Shown here piece after piece: positions 1-12,792 of a stretch of DNA of 64,000 nt (the stretch's first letter is position 1; every line of letters starts with the position of its first letter). Source of the DNA: Octopus sinensis. Lineage: Eukaryota. The notes under the pieces were generated by a model. That model saw only the letters and a list, made by a program, of their open reading frames with translations, did no database searches and was not told the DNA's origin. A program made the translations under genes and the position numbers. The stretch lies in the NCBI RefSeq assembly GCF_006345805.1, contig NC_042997.1, forward strand, positions 64,356,001 through 64,420,000, given 5' to 3'.

Positions 1-135
1 AAGAAAATATTTCCTTCAAATATAAGATATACTATATGTGGTTGTGAACAATTACATATAATTGAATTACTATCTGACCGTATAAACATACAAAGTGTTT
101 CTGAATATTTGCTTAAGATCAAAAGATACGTCCAC

Positions 136-547
136 TTCTGTAACTCATACGATTATCTGGGTTGTCTTAACATTCGTACTACATACAAGCCGATTACTGA
201 ACCTAATCTTAGAGAAATTCTACGTGCAACAATCTAACTCTTAGTCCAAATAATACTTCGTGTTGGAATTTATAATTTTATTTGCCATATTGATTCTGGA
301 ATTTTACTCGCAGAGAAAATATACGATATCCTACATAAAAGAAGGCTTAATGACTCATCCTGATTCAGATTCAAAAAATTATATAAATTTCAGTCTATAA
401 ACCACTTGTTGGCTGGAGTGGGGCCCTAGCTGTATTTGCAGGATAATTATTATGCTTAATCTAGGATTGACTCATGCACACCCAGGAATACACGCCAGGA
501 TTGTTGAATTATCTGTATGGAAGCTTACAAATGTTATTGAAATTTGA
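136..547 (+). mobile_element. Possible highly eroded Ty3/Gypsy pol fragment (RNase H to integrase Zn-finger linker)
   Basis: Manual translation gives YLGCLNIRTTYKPI, then in one frame from 314 with one stop ISYIKEG..KNYINF..WLEWG..LTHAHPGI..SVW. This loosely follows the Gypsy pattern IxYIxxGW..YxxF..LxWG..LHxxHPGI..SYVWW. Similarity is weak and judged by eye. Confidence 0.25.
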
Positions 548-770
548 AAACCTTAATATCCATTTGAATTCTGAGCATTCTAATTGCAACTCCATCGTAT
601 GGCAAATTGTAAGGGTAAGATACATGAGCAATATAGAAACTTTTGTCAAAGGATAATGCAAAAAGGTTTAACTTTTAACAAAATAGTAGCGTCAGTGAGA
701 TAGAAACATATCATCATCATCAATTATCTTCTTCTTCATCTAATTATTAATATTATTATCATTATTGCTC

Positions 771-900
771 AGGAGGCGAGCTGGCAAAGGAAGTGCTTAG
801 TGGAATTTCATCTGCCACTAAGTTCTGAGTTTGAATTCCGCTTTTCACCATTTCGGAGACGATAAATTAAGTTCCAGTAAAACCATGACTAATCGACATA
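771..900 (+). mobile_element. Degenerate tRNA-derived SINE, family A (GGCGGCGAGCTGGCAG head)
   Basis: GGCGAGCTGGCA head, B-box-like GAGTTTGAATTCC, GATAAATTAAGT body shared with other copies in the window. Confidence 0.7.
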
Positions 901-990
901 TCCGCTTCCCCAAAATGGCTGCCCTTCTGAAAAAATGTGAAATTTTTGTTGTTGTTATTATGATTATTATTGTTGTTGTTGTTGATGTTG

Positions 991-1140
991 TTAAGACGGT
1001 GATCTGGCAGAACCGTTAGCCCGTCTGACGAAATATTTAGCGGCATTTTGTCCGTCTACGCTTTAAGATCCAAATCCACGAATTTTGACTTTACCTTTTA
1101 CGCCATGTGTTTGGAACGACAAAATAAATAACAGCCAAGT
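991..1140 (+). mobile_element. Degenerate SINE, family A
   Basis: TTAAGACGGTGATCTGGCAGAACCGTTAGC head; aligns by eye with the better copy at 4175-4408. Confidence 0.6.
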
Positions 1141-1180
1141 ATTCCCCTCAAAACTGCTGGTTCTGTGTCAAAATCTGAAA

Positions 1181-1363
1181 CTCTTCCTCTTCTTCTTCTC
1201 CTTCTTCTTCTTTTTCTTCTTCTTCTTTATCTTTTTCTACTTCTTTTTCTCCTTCTCCTTCTGCTCCTCCGCTTCCTCCACCTCCTCCTCCTCCTCCTTC
1301 TCCTTCTTCTTCTTCTTCTTCTTCTTCTTCTTCTTCTGCTCCTCCTCCTCCTCCTTCTTCTTC
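1181..1363. repeat. (CTT/CTC)n polypyrimidine microsatellite
   Basis: Read directly; explains the poly-Leu/Phe/Ser ORFs 1085-1492 and 1165-1464. Confidence 0.95.
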
Positions 1364-1544
1364 ACTATGTTATTCAGCTGCGTATTATTATTGCTATTGT
1401 TGCTCTTCTTGTTTCAGTTGGTCGGTTGGCCCTCAACAATTTTGGAAAGCATTTGGGTCCGTAGCTTAGCTGTTGTTTCGCCACTTGCGTGAGGAAACCA
1501 GCAAGGTCTGTAATGAGGATATCTTTAGCAGCAGCAGTGGCTGT

Positions 1545-2720
1545 CGTAGGTATCGATGTGGTGGGGCCCTATGGGTGGTAATAGTAGGACACATGGAACT
1601 TTATGTGCTCTGCTACTGATTAAGCTAGAACGCACATCACTCAATAAGTGCCGCTGATGCATTTTCTTCTCCAGGCACGTTGAAGATATCATTATCATTG
1701 CATCCTGAAGGGATGAAGCCATTGACATATACCGGACCTTCAATAATACCGACATGAACATAAAATTGGAGATTGAACATCCAGCCGAATCCGGAACCCT
1801 CACTCTACTCAACTTCCAACTGAAGATGATAGAGGAAGGCTCCATACTTAGCAAATTCTATAGAACAGCCGCTAATAGAAAACTTTTCGTCCACTACCAA
1901 TCAACGTGAGAAACGAGATTGCACGTATAAACATCAATTGCAGCAACGTGACCGACAAAGTCGTCAACACCAAGCAGTTCCTCAGAGATATAACCCTAAT
2001 GGCTACCCACCGTCTGAAGAGCATCAAGGTCAATAATCCCCGAAAGAACCATCATACCTCCAAGTCCGGCGCATGCTTCCTAAAGCTACCTCACTTTGAC
2101 GACAGAACTACTGCAGCAATACATGACGAAGGCCGCAAGGAAGGACTCTTCATACAGATAGTGCAAACCGGTCCTTCCTCGAGAAAAACTCAGTCCAAGA
2201 ACAACACCTCTCACTACTCCGAGGAGTACACATTGTCGAACTGCCCCATCAATGACCCCAGAGTACTTGTGTTGTATATGAGATCATCTGTAGCAAATGT
2301 GGCGCATGATACATCGGAAGCACGACAAGAAAACTGCATATACGCATTAAGGAGCACATGCAGGCGGACACTTCCGTGAAGAAAAATCTACGGAAATGCC
2401 AGACCCGGGAATTCACAGTGCAACACAGAGGAATAGAGGCAACCTTAGAAAAATCTGAGGTCATCCTCATACACCAAAAGAAACCTAAGATCAACAATAG
2501 AAGAGAGTTACAGGCAGATAGCTGCTTGCTATAACAACATCCTTCTGCGCATGTCCACTCTACACACGCACATCGGAAACATTCGTCCATTTCTTGAAAA
2601 GAGGTTATAACCCCGAACTATTTAATACAAGATAAGTCTCCATAAATTCACATTTTACTTTTCTTGTGATTTACCTTGCGTTTACTTCGCATAGTTTTGG
2701 CCTCACCCACGAACCTTTAT
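1545..2720 (+). mobile_element. Penelope-like retroelement remnant, YVDD-type RT C-terminus plus GIY-YIG endonuclease (pseudogenised)
   Basis: Manual translation: FFSRHVEDIIII (YVDD-like), EIEHP..L.LLNF, KFYR..LFVHYQS; ORF 1906-2379 gives LKLPHF; 2268-2534 reads CVVYEIICSKCGA*YIGSTTRKLHIRIKEH..KPKINNRREL (GIY-YIG). Contains stops and frameshifts. Confidence 0.9.
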
Positions 2721-2721
2721 G

Positions 2722-2775
<54 letters not shown>

Positions 2776-2929
2776 ATAATATATATATATATATATTTCA
2801 TAAATATATATATATATATATATATTTCATAAATATATATATATATAATATATATATATATGTTTCATAAATATATATATATATATATTTCATAAATATA
2901 ATATATATATTATATATATATATTTCATA

Positions 2930-2960
<31 letters not shown>

Positions 2961-3063
2961 CATAAATATATATATATATATATATATATTTCATAAATAT
3001 ATATATATATAATATATATATTTATATATGTTTCATAAATATATATATATATATATTTCATAA

Positions 3064-3097
<34 letters not shown>

Positions 3098-3104
3098 TTC
3101 ATAA

Positions 3105-3135
<31 letters not shown>

Positions 3136-3177
3136 TCATAAATATATAAATATATATATATATATATTCATAAATAT
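2722..3177. repeat. AT-rich minisatellite: TTCATAAA units separated by variable (AT)n
   Basis: Repeated TTTCATAAATATATA... units are visible directly. Confidence 0.9.
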
Positions 3178-4174
3178 CTATGCGATACGCAGGGAGATAC
3201 GAATATATGTGTATGTTCTTCTGAGAGAGTACGAAAAAGTAAAAAAAAATATGTATTACTAAAAGTAGATGTGCATAATTTACGTAGAGAGAGCGACTGT
3301 TCACAGAAAGATAAAATATGTGTGCTATGCTTCAACATAGAAAGTCGTTTATGTATCCGTTCGATATATACAGTCTAGGTTATATATTTCATTACAAATT
3401 GAATTTTCTTAAATCATTTTTCTGAATTTTACGACACTGATTATTCAAATGACTACCGTGAAAGTATATATATATATATTATATATATATATATTATATA
3501 TATATATATATTATACTAATAAGTTCCATCTTGTGAATTTGATTATTTCCATGAATGTTAGAAAATTTGTCAGGCATTCCTCCTTTTAGTTGTTAGAAGG
3601 CAGATCACGTGCTAAAACTCATAGAAGCAAGTGAGTCACAATTATAAATGGAATAACCGAATAACTTTCTTTATCAAAATATGTCTCATATTATGCTAAA
3701 CTTATTGTCCGATAAATAGATTATGTCCGCTAGGTGGCATCTCGATAATCCCCAATCAATAGAGGTATATGTAAAAAAGCGCCCACTGAGCAAATATGCG
3801 TTATGGCATATTATAATTCTCCGACATACCACTACCAAATATTCTGCAGTCATTACTTTGTGCCCCTCCTGCTCAGTAAGATATGTTAAAAATGCTATTT
3901 CTGTAGCTACCTTCATTACATTTGCGGCTTTTATACGGAAGATAAAAATAATAATAAACAATTATGCACGTAATCAGACGAATAATATCAAGCGAGCTGC
4001 GTATGACAATTGAACAAAGAGATGCCATACGCCACTCACGTGACTTGTATTTGTGATGCATATTATGTGTTACAACAATTAATGAAACTTTATAACTAAT
4101 AATTTTAGCATACATTTCCAGTTGCTTCAATCATTGGCAACCGAAACCAGCGTAATGGTCTAACAAGCTTCTGT

Positions 4175-4408
4175 TTCTTATTTCTTTATTGCCCACAAGG
4201 AACTAAACATAAAGGAGACAAACAACGACAGACAAAGAGATTAAGCCGACTACATCGACCCCAGTGCGTAACTGGTACTTAATTTATCGACCTTGGTTGA
4301 AAGGGAAAAGTCGACCTCGGCGAAATTTGAACTCAGAACGTAACGGCAGACGAAATACCGCAAAGCATTTCGCCAGGCGTGTTAACGTTTCTGCCAGCTC
4401 TCGCCTTA
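4175..4408 (-). mobile_element. Near full-length tRNA-derived SINE, family A
   Basis: Minus strand: AGGCGAGAGCTGGCAGAAACGTTAAC head, B box GAGTTCAAATT, GGGGTCGATGTAGTCGGCTTAATC body, AAAGAAATAAGAAA tail. Confidence 0.85.
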
Positions 4409-4481
4409 AAGAAACTTCTGTTTCTACAAAATACACGTAATTAGGAAGATTATATATGTTGTGGGATATAGACACACACAC

Positions 4482-4531
<50 letters not shown>

Positions 4532-4823
4532 ATGTATGTATCTCTTTATATGTATGATTATATGTATAGATTTATATTTATATACATGCATATATGTGTG
4601 TGTGTGTGTGTCTATGCATGTGTATAAATACCATAACATACGCATAAACAACAATATGTTTGTGTGTGATATAATGAGGGAGGGTGCATACCAACAATTT
4701 TTCTCGGAAATCTAAAGTTAATTCAAATTATTAAAGCTTCTGTCCTAAATGATCCTTTATACAATATATTCTACATAATGCTTCATAGTAATTATTCCAT
4801 TATATACACACACACACACACAC

Positions 4824-4865
<42 letters not shown>

Positions 4866-5163
4866 CTGTGTATATGTATATATGTATGTGTAACAAATAA
4901 ATGATATATGTGACAAATATATAGAGAGAGTATTTAGAAAATTACATTCTTTAAGAAACGAAATACATCTCCGTTACGGTAGTGTATGAATATTATACAG
5001 TATAACGAATTGATTGGAGAAGTGGACCCTGTTTGATATTTAACGATGTTCTAAATGCTTGAAGTGGATATGGCATGATTTGGCCAGTTAAGTAAATTCA
5101 TAAATTATCCGGGATTTAAAATTGTAATATTAAGGATTGGTCAGGAAAAATAGAATTTAGATG

Positions 5164-5208
5164 ATAGCGTTGAAATTATAGTAATAATGACTATAACTTC
5201 AACGCTAT
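5164..5208. repeat. 19-bp inverted repeat with 7-nt loop
   Basis: ATAGCGTTGAAATTATAGT-aataatg-ACTATAACTTCAACGCTAT; one mismatch. Confidence 0.9.
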
Positions 5209-5582
5209 TGTGTTATAATAATATTCTGTGTTAATATAGATTGTGAAAAAATTAAGATTAAACATAGCACAACTAATTATAGTGGAAGTTTCACAGCTTA
5301 AAGTAAATAACACGTAAATATTCTTCTTAGGATTATGAGAGCGAGAAAATATCGCGTTTCTATAAAGCTGTATTTCATTAATGAATCATATTGAATGCGA
5401 AAATTGGCCTACATCCATACCCAATTTTCGGTAATTTTACTGCATGATCATGTCTACATTGTGACAAATAAACATCACGGAAATTAAGTAAACTATAGCA
5501 AAATTTTGCTATTAAAGTAGAAGAAATGATCTTGTAGGAGATCACAGATTCATATTCGTTAGTATTAATATTATGAGAGATG

Positions 5583-5760
5583 TTAAAGCGGCGAGGTAGC
5601 ACAAATGTTAGCACGCTGGGAAAAATGCTAAGCTGCATTTCTTTCATCTTTACGTTCGGAGTTCAAATTCCGCCGAGGCTGATATCTCTTATCATGATGA
5701 GCACTAGGGTCGACTTATCCTCTTCCTGTAAATTGCTGACCTTTTGCCAAAATATGAAAT
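5583..5760 (+). mobile_element. SINE family A, internally deleted
   Basis: TTAAAGCGGCGAGGTAGCA head; GAGTTCAAATTCCGCCGAGG B-box region. Confidence 0.75.
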
Positions 5761-6750
5761 AGATATTATGAGAGGCATTTGTATATATAAGAATGGAAGA
5801 AACATATTCGTTTTAAGGCGATGGAACTAATAGAAGATTATGCAGTTAAGGTACTCAGAGATGTGGAATATTTTTTACAAAATATTCTTTAATACATTGT
5901 TCCAGTAATATTGAGAAGATCTGTTCAAACCAATAAGGTTAGCAACAATGACTCCGTAAAGAATTATTGGAAGCTGTATAGCAGAATGAAAATATAATTT
6001 ATAGAGTTGACTCCAACGCATGTATGCTGTAATATTAAGATGAGAAATGCCAACCAATATATTCAAGAGCAATATCATGTATAATCTGATGTATGTAAAC
6101 GAAATTTAGAGTCAATTATTTACAGCCAACGATACAACTATATAGTGGATTATACAACGGACAAGCCTTATAAATATCCAGTATCGAATTGTGAAATTTT
6201 GTTATGAAGTCTAGATTAAAATGAAATTAACTCTATATGTTGCAGAAAGAAAATTATTGTTCATTACAGAAATGTTTTTGTTCCATATCAGAAATCCAGG
6301 AGTGAATATAGCAAAATTCATTTAAATAAGTTAACATGCAGGTATGTAGACCTATAGAGGTAGATTCACAAGTAGACGTTGACTACACACACAAAGTTCA
6401 GAAGCTTAATACCGCACCTGTTTACAGATTTTAATTTGGCATACAGCTTAATTCTACTTTTGATATGTACTGCAATAATTTCAGCCAAATTTCTGATGGC
6501 AGAATTCGAAGATTTTACTCTATGGCAATTAAATAATTTCCCATAATTGGTTGACGGGGAAAATATTTATCCAGTGTAGCAAATAACTTCACAGGTATAT
6601 TAGTGGTGATGCAATCTGAAAATGATGTGTATATATAAATATGTATAGACATATAGTTTGAATATACAATTCGGGCGGATGGTATGCTGCATAAAATTGT
6701 AAAATAAAAGGAAATGAATTTTGAGGATGAACAAGTCTCCATGTTCCATA

Positions 6751-9180
6751 TCATACTATAATGGGCATATTGTCCGTCCGTCTGTACTGACATAATGTAC
6801 AAACTGTTGGGCCGATCGGCATGAAACTTCGTAGGGGTGTTCGGGGTGTCTCTAACGTGGTTATATATAGGCTTAGTCCCTTCCCCACTCACTATTTTTA
6901 GAAAAATTCCATCGATTGAGGTAACTTTAGCAGTCAGAGATAACTTTGGTAGAAGAAATAGGGTGACCTATACCCTCTTAAAGGGACATGCTTAGCCTCC
7001 TCTTTCGGTTCCTGCAGCTCTCCCTATCCTTGTCCCACCACCATCCTCTACCTGAGGAATACCATCAATTGAAGCAAATTTGGCACCCCGAGGTATGTTT
7101 CGTTTGAGGAATAGAGAGGCCTACTTTCTCCCTCAGAGATTAGTCCGACCTACTCATCCTCCCATCAAAATGAAATTGTATGGATTCTTCATACACCAAC
7201 GGCATCCTACAGTTGAGAAGCTTCCCTGTCATTTGCCTGGCGAACACTATTTGACGATGATTCTGTGAACCAGGCTGTGCAAAAAGGACCACCGAGAACA
7301 AAATTGATGGCTTTCTTTGATACCAATAGACAAGATGAAAAGGTTTGACAGATAATATACCAAGACTTCCCGACGTTCTACACATAGAACAGTAAAAACA
7401 AGTCTTGGCAAAGGAGGAAGCAAGAGAGATGATGCAGGAGATGTGAAAACTTATACCATTGGACGAATTCCAACCACTTCACTGAGCGCACACAAGTCTG
7501 AACTCTTTCATCTCCGAATATTACTCCACAATGCGACAGGTGCAACTAACTTTAATGGCTGGCTCGTATCCGATGATCGAGAAATACACCGTGCAATTGA
7601 AGAAGCTGCAAGTATTCGTTTTGGTGATTCAGTTAGAGAGTTTTTGTAGGCCGCTTGATCCTCGATTCTTTTGGGAAGAGTAGAAACTTGAACGAGTACG
7701 TGATCTCATGCATCAGAATAATGTCAAGCGGCTTAATCCTCGCATTGAAAATGAAGTATCGATTCCTCTGTAAGAGCGTCTTCAGAGAGATGAGCTTCAT
7801 CTGGTGAAAAATTCCCAGCTACTAAAGCCCGATTATGGCATGTCATGCAATCCGATATCAAAAAGTATTTCCGAAGAAATTGACTACGATATAGATAGTC
7901 TGAGAAGATTGTCTGCAGAGGTGAACGATACGTTGAACATAGAGCAAAAACATGTGTATAATACGGTGGTAAATACGTTTATCACTAAAAACACTGAAAA
8001 CAAGATTTTTGCCCTGAGTGCAAGTGGTGGAACTAGAAATATATATCTCATGAATGCGATTGTAGATTTTCTACGACCGGATAAAAAGTCGTATCCGCAA
8101 CTGCTCTTTCAGGAAGTGCAGCTACCCTGCTACACAATGATCGAACCCTCCACTCTTGCTGCAAAATTCCTATCAACATCACGCCAGATGACTGACTTGT
8201 TGATAGTCGATGAAGTCAGCCAAGGTGACAAACTTCTATTTGAATGCTTGGACCGTTCCTTTCGCAAAATCAGGTGGTGTATATATCTGTTTGGAGGAAT
8301 GTGCGTTCTGTGTGTTGGCGACTGGAAGCAAATTCTTCCAGTTGTCAAGCGTGGAATTCGACCTCAGATTGTCAACGCAACCTTGAAGACATCATACATC
8401 TGGAAAACTGTCACAGAATTGAAACTATCAATAACATATGAGTTCGCAATTCCTCTGATGCAACGTTCGCTTCCTATCTAAGCGACCTCGGTTCTGGAAA
8501 CTGTATGAATATATTGAATACAATTCAAATCCGGCCTGAGTTTGTCCAAGAAGCTTCTATTTCTGAAATATACAAATTTGTCTTTGATGATTTAGGCGAA
8601 GAACGTATGAATCTGTCATGATTATGTTCACCAGCAGCTATTGCTTCAAGCAATTATGTCGTCAACAACGTAAATGAACATATAATCAAGAGCTTTCCAG
8701 GAAAAAGTCGCGAATATCTAAGTTCAGACACTGTACACGATAAAAATCGCCATCAATATCCGCAAGATTTCCTGAACAACTTAAATCCACCAGGACTAAC
8801 AGTACACAAAATAACCTTGAAGAAGGGTTATCCGATTATATTGCTTCGAAATTTTGACCCAGCTAATGGACATTACAACGGAACAAGATACACAGAGATG
8901 GAACGTAACTCTTACGTCATCGAAGCAGTGATAGCAACTGGTCCTCACACTGGCAAACGTCTTTTTATAACTCGAATACCTCTGATGCATTCAGATAATC
9001 AGTTTCCTTTTCAATTACGACGCAGGCAGTTTCCTATCAAATTAGCCTTCTCCATTACGACCAACAAGTCTCAGGGCCAGTCTTTGGATCGCGTCGGTGT
9101 GTTTCTGCCCTCTCTCATGCTCACGCACTTCGACAAATTGTGGACAAACGGAGAATATTGTTTACAAAGAGGTTTTGTAA
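6751..9180 (+). mobile_element. Helitron remnant (Rep/helicase C-terminal region with PIF1 helicase; pseudogenised)
   Basis: Peptides: RHPTVEKLPCHLPGE; TIGRIP..ELFHLRILL..GATNF; LNIEQ..SASGGT (Walker A-like); LLIVDEVS; FGGMCVLCVGDWKQILPVV; ILLRNFD..NGTR; RRQFPIKLAFSITTNKSQGQSL; final TENIVYKEVL* ending at 9180. A|TCATACTATAAT...TGTCCGTCCGTC at 6751 resembles a Helitron 5' terminus; linking it to the coding part is inference. Confidence 0.9.
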
Positions 9181-9269
9181 AGATAGCACCATGAATGTGT
9201 TATGTAAATGTTTACATATATATTTTTCAATAAGGTTCACTATATAGCTTGTGTTTTAATGTGCAAATT

Positions 9270-10337
9270 TGAAATCGTGGTGTCATCAAGTACCTACATG
9301 AAACAGGGTTTCTAAGGAGACTCATGCTGGTATGGTTGCTGCATTAGATCATGCTTGTTCCGCACATTGCAACAGTATAAAGATAGCCAAAAATATAACA
9401 CAGGTAGGAGATGTAGGGAGAGTCCTGAAGTTGATCAAGCTTGTGCACGTCCGGAAACTGCCAGTGCCCATGGAAACATTGCTTGTGTTCACGGCAGGTG
9501 GTTGACTACAAATCAAATATCCCACTGCTATTTGCATATCTCGTGAGAGAGTTGAGAATTCTATGCACAATGGACTTGGCATTACGAAGTTTTCTGTTCG
9601 GTGGTTGTTAAGTTTTCTCATATATGATCAAAAGGTTACCAGACTGATCATTTCAGGGGGAAATCTGACATTGTTTGAGGTATATCCAGTTTGTTTCCCC
9701 TGAAATTTTCGTAAGCTAGGAAGAGTGCTCATCACTTTTAGCCAGAGACAAAGAGCCAATCCATATAGTGGAGACAAACCCTATTCACCTACTCCAAATT
9801 AGGCCAGCGTCGTTTCATCCCCAGGGAAGGTGATGGCCTCAGTTTTTTTTTGTGTATTTACTATCTTCAAAAGGCCCCACCATCAATAGAGACTACGATA
9901 CTCACTTCGTGATGCAGTTTCAAAAGCGATCAAGAAAACACGCCAAGGAAATCTAACGAAATGATTCTTGCTTAATCCAGGACAATACTCCAACATAAAA
10001 TACCTTACTTTCAATGGTTACTCTGCGTGGCTGGCTTTGAACCTTTTGATCCCTATCCCTAATTGCTTGATTCGAGCCCACCTGATTATGACATGCTCCC
10101 CAACATAAAAGAAAGGGACTTCATTGGGAAAAGTGTCACGGGGAAGAACAGTCTTATTCTTTGTTGATGACATTTTTGACCAACAGGATGAAAGCTTCTT
10201 CGCGAATGGGACTGAACCACTGCAATCCCGATGGAAGAAATATGTGAACCCTAACAGTGAATTTGTAGAAAAAATCTCATTTGGTCACATTTCATAAGGA
10301 TTTGTTGGTCAGCCTGAGAATTTTTCTATCGATCCTC
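9270..10337 (+). mobile_element. Decayed mariner (DD34D-type) transposon
   Basis: Fragmentary peptides VIKYLH, ISRERVEN, DQKVTRLIIS, SPGKVMASV, QDNTP, FDQQDESFF, RWKKYV; same family style as 58180-59035. Confidence 0.8.
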
Positions 10338-12045
10338 TTATATTATGAGAATCCACCCAGTTTTAATGTTATCGCTTTTTAAACCTTTGGAATTTCGAGC
10401 TGGTATTTGATATGTATAATTGTTACATTGTATCACTTATGATTATACCAAACTTTAGTTTCTAAAGTGGTGTTTAGACAGTTCATGTTACGTTGAAGCA
10501 ATTTAAAATTTGTGGTATACCTACACAGTATATATTTGTGAATGAATTGCTTCAATATTTTAACAAAACGTGATCCGAAAGAAAGGTGATAAGTTGCAGT
10601 GGTTACTATTTGATTAATGCTTTTGTTCTTATAATATAGTTTATTGAATGCATCTTATACATTGGCAGCTTGGCATAGTGTGTTCTTTGACAACATAAAA
10701 TATATATATATGGGTGTGTTTATATGAGTGTATTATATAAGAATTGTTAAGGTATGTTTATTTGGGAAAACAACATTGTTTTGAAGTTTATTTCATGTAG
10801 ATTCTTAGATGTTAGATTACATCCATGAGTATTCCTGTATCCACGTATGTGGTTAATATGAACGCTTTTTTGATTCAGCATTTCCTTTTCTATGTGGCAT
10901 TTCACTCGTGAGGATATTTTCTTTATTTTTGGCATTTGACATTTCAAGCTACTTGATCGTCTATATTCACTTTCTTTTAAGATCGAAGGGACATCGTTAA
11001 TAGAGCCGCTAATCATAACATATTAAGCAGCTGTCGTAGAGACAGTTTTATTGGCAACACATACTGCATAGAAGTCACTAAAAGAGTTGCACGTTATTTT
11101 TTTTGGATTTTGTGTTTTACTGAGGTGCTTGCAGCAGGTGTTACATACGTGGTTAAATTAATTTCCTTCATCTGCCATGAGTTATGTCTTACTCTTATAC
11201 TGTTATCATTGGAAACTGACTAGTGAATTGTATTTGCTGTGTTTGAAAAATATTCGCTGCAGAAGACACAAACAATTTAGTCGCGAACCGTGTCAATGAG
11301 AAAACGAAACCAGGCGTGAATATACTTGAAATGCAACTTACAACATCTTATGTGTCTATTGCATAAAACAGTATGTAGAATAAGGGTATTTAAATATTTA
11401 ATAGTCGTATATATGTGTGTGCATTTCTTAATATCTTATTACATGTAAAGTTCATGTCTTTGCTTAACTCTACCTATACAGATAATAACAATGTACTTCT
11501 TTTTTAGAAAGTTTGGCTTCACGATTATAAAATATTCCAAGAAACCATCGCTTTGCAGTCCACTACACTTTATCCTAATTATGTCTCCTGGTATTCCCTG
11601 TCATATCACTATCGACTTTGAGATTTCTAGTGCCATGAAGAGGAATGCGGTTTGATCTTGATTTGCATTCATACAATCATCTGATCCAGGAGTAAGCACA
11701 AACAGAATCGGGAGTTATGAAAATATTGATTACTGGAATGAGTAGTCGTACAAAAATTAACAGCCACCAGTTCCCTGAAATTACATAGGCAATGGCTTAA
11801 TTGATCTACATGAAAGTAACATCTCCTACAATGAAAACATAGCTTTACACAGTTACTAAAATGGCTTACAAATGAGTCATAGTCGAGAACTATTTCTTCT
11901 GCATTGGATAACAGCTAGCATAATACGCGCACATTGAAAAGCATAAATACATACACCTAGCTTTTATTCTTCTTTGTCTTATATGCTGTATAAATATATA
12001 TGAGTATGTGTGTGTGTGTGTGTCTATCAATCTACCTATCAATTT

Positions 12046-12110
<65 letters not shown>

Positions 12111-12115
12111 CAATT

Positions 12116-12290
12116 ATGAGGTAGTGAGTACAATTCCCAGACCGGGTTGCGTGTTGTGTTAATGAGCAAGACATTTTATTTCACGTTGTAACACTTCACT
12201 CTTCCATAAAGATCTTTGCCTGAACTTGTGCCTCGGAGGAACAATTTCTCGGTACAATCACACGTGCATTGATAACCTAAGGGAGTTTTA
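12116..12290 (+). mobile_element. tRNA-derived SINE family C, internally deleted (same family as 57760-58102)
   Basis: ATGAGGTAGTGAGTACAATTCCCAGACCGGG..TGAGCAAGACA.TTTATTTCACG, followed by ACTTGTGCCTCGGAGG tail shared with the 57.8-kb copy. Confidence 0.7.
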
Positions 12291-12328
12291 CATATCTATA
12301 TATGTATATATCTATATTTATATCTATT

Positions 12329-12389
<61 letters not shown>

Positions 12390-12591
12390 GTGACCTCGTG
12401 TGTACCACTGGCGATTTTGTTTCCTCTGTCTTCCCTTCTCGGGATCTTTCCTTCTCCTATGTTTCCGACGAAGAGCTCAGCTCGAAACGTTAAACCCTCC
12501 TTCTTCCCTTCTTTCCTGAGCGTCCAATAATACTTTATTTGTTCCACGTCCTTGCGTTGTTGTGTCTTTTTGTTTTCTTGTTTGAATTAGC
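12390..12591 (+). mobile_element. About 200-bp mini-element (probable solo PLE pLTR) carrying a minimal hammerhead motif
   Basis: Unique 200 bp inserted in the (AT)n core of a (CT)n(AT)n(AG)n tract; contains the motif at 12461-12495. Confidence 0.55.
12461..12495 (+). ncRNA. Minimal type I hammerhead-like motif (U4C variant, one extra A)
   Basis: GTTT-CCGACGA-A-GAGC(tca)GCTC-GAAAC-GTT-AAAC: 4-bp stem I, 4-bp helix II, palindromic AACGTT helix III. Confidence 0.55.

Positions 12592-12792
<201 letters not shown>

Noticed and set aside
2593-2620. CTTGAAAA-GAGG(ttataa)CCCC-GAAC just downstream of the first PLE stop codon
   Set aside because: The position fits a pLTR hammerhead, but several core bases differ and helix III and stem I cannot be recovered; too decayed to call.
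4119-4165. GTTGC..GCAAC-C-GAAAC-CA(gcgtaa)TG-GTC, resembling the 3' half of a hammerhead
   Set aside because: No CUGANGA upstream and no stem I pairing.
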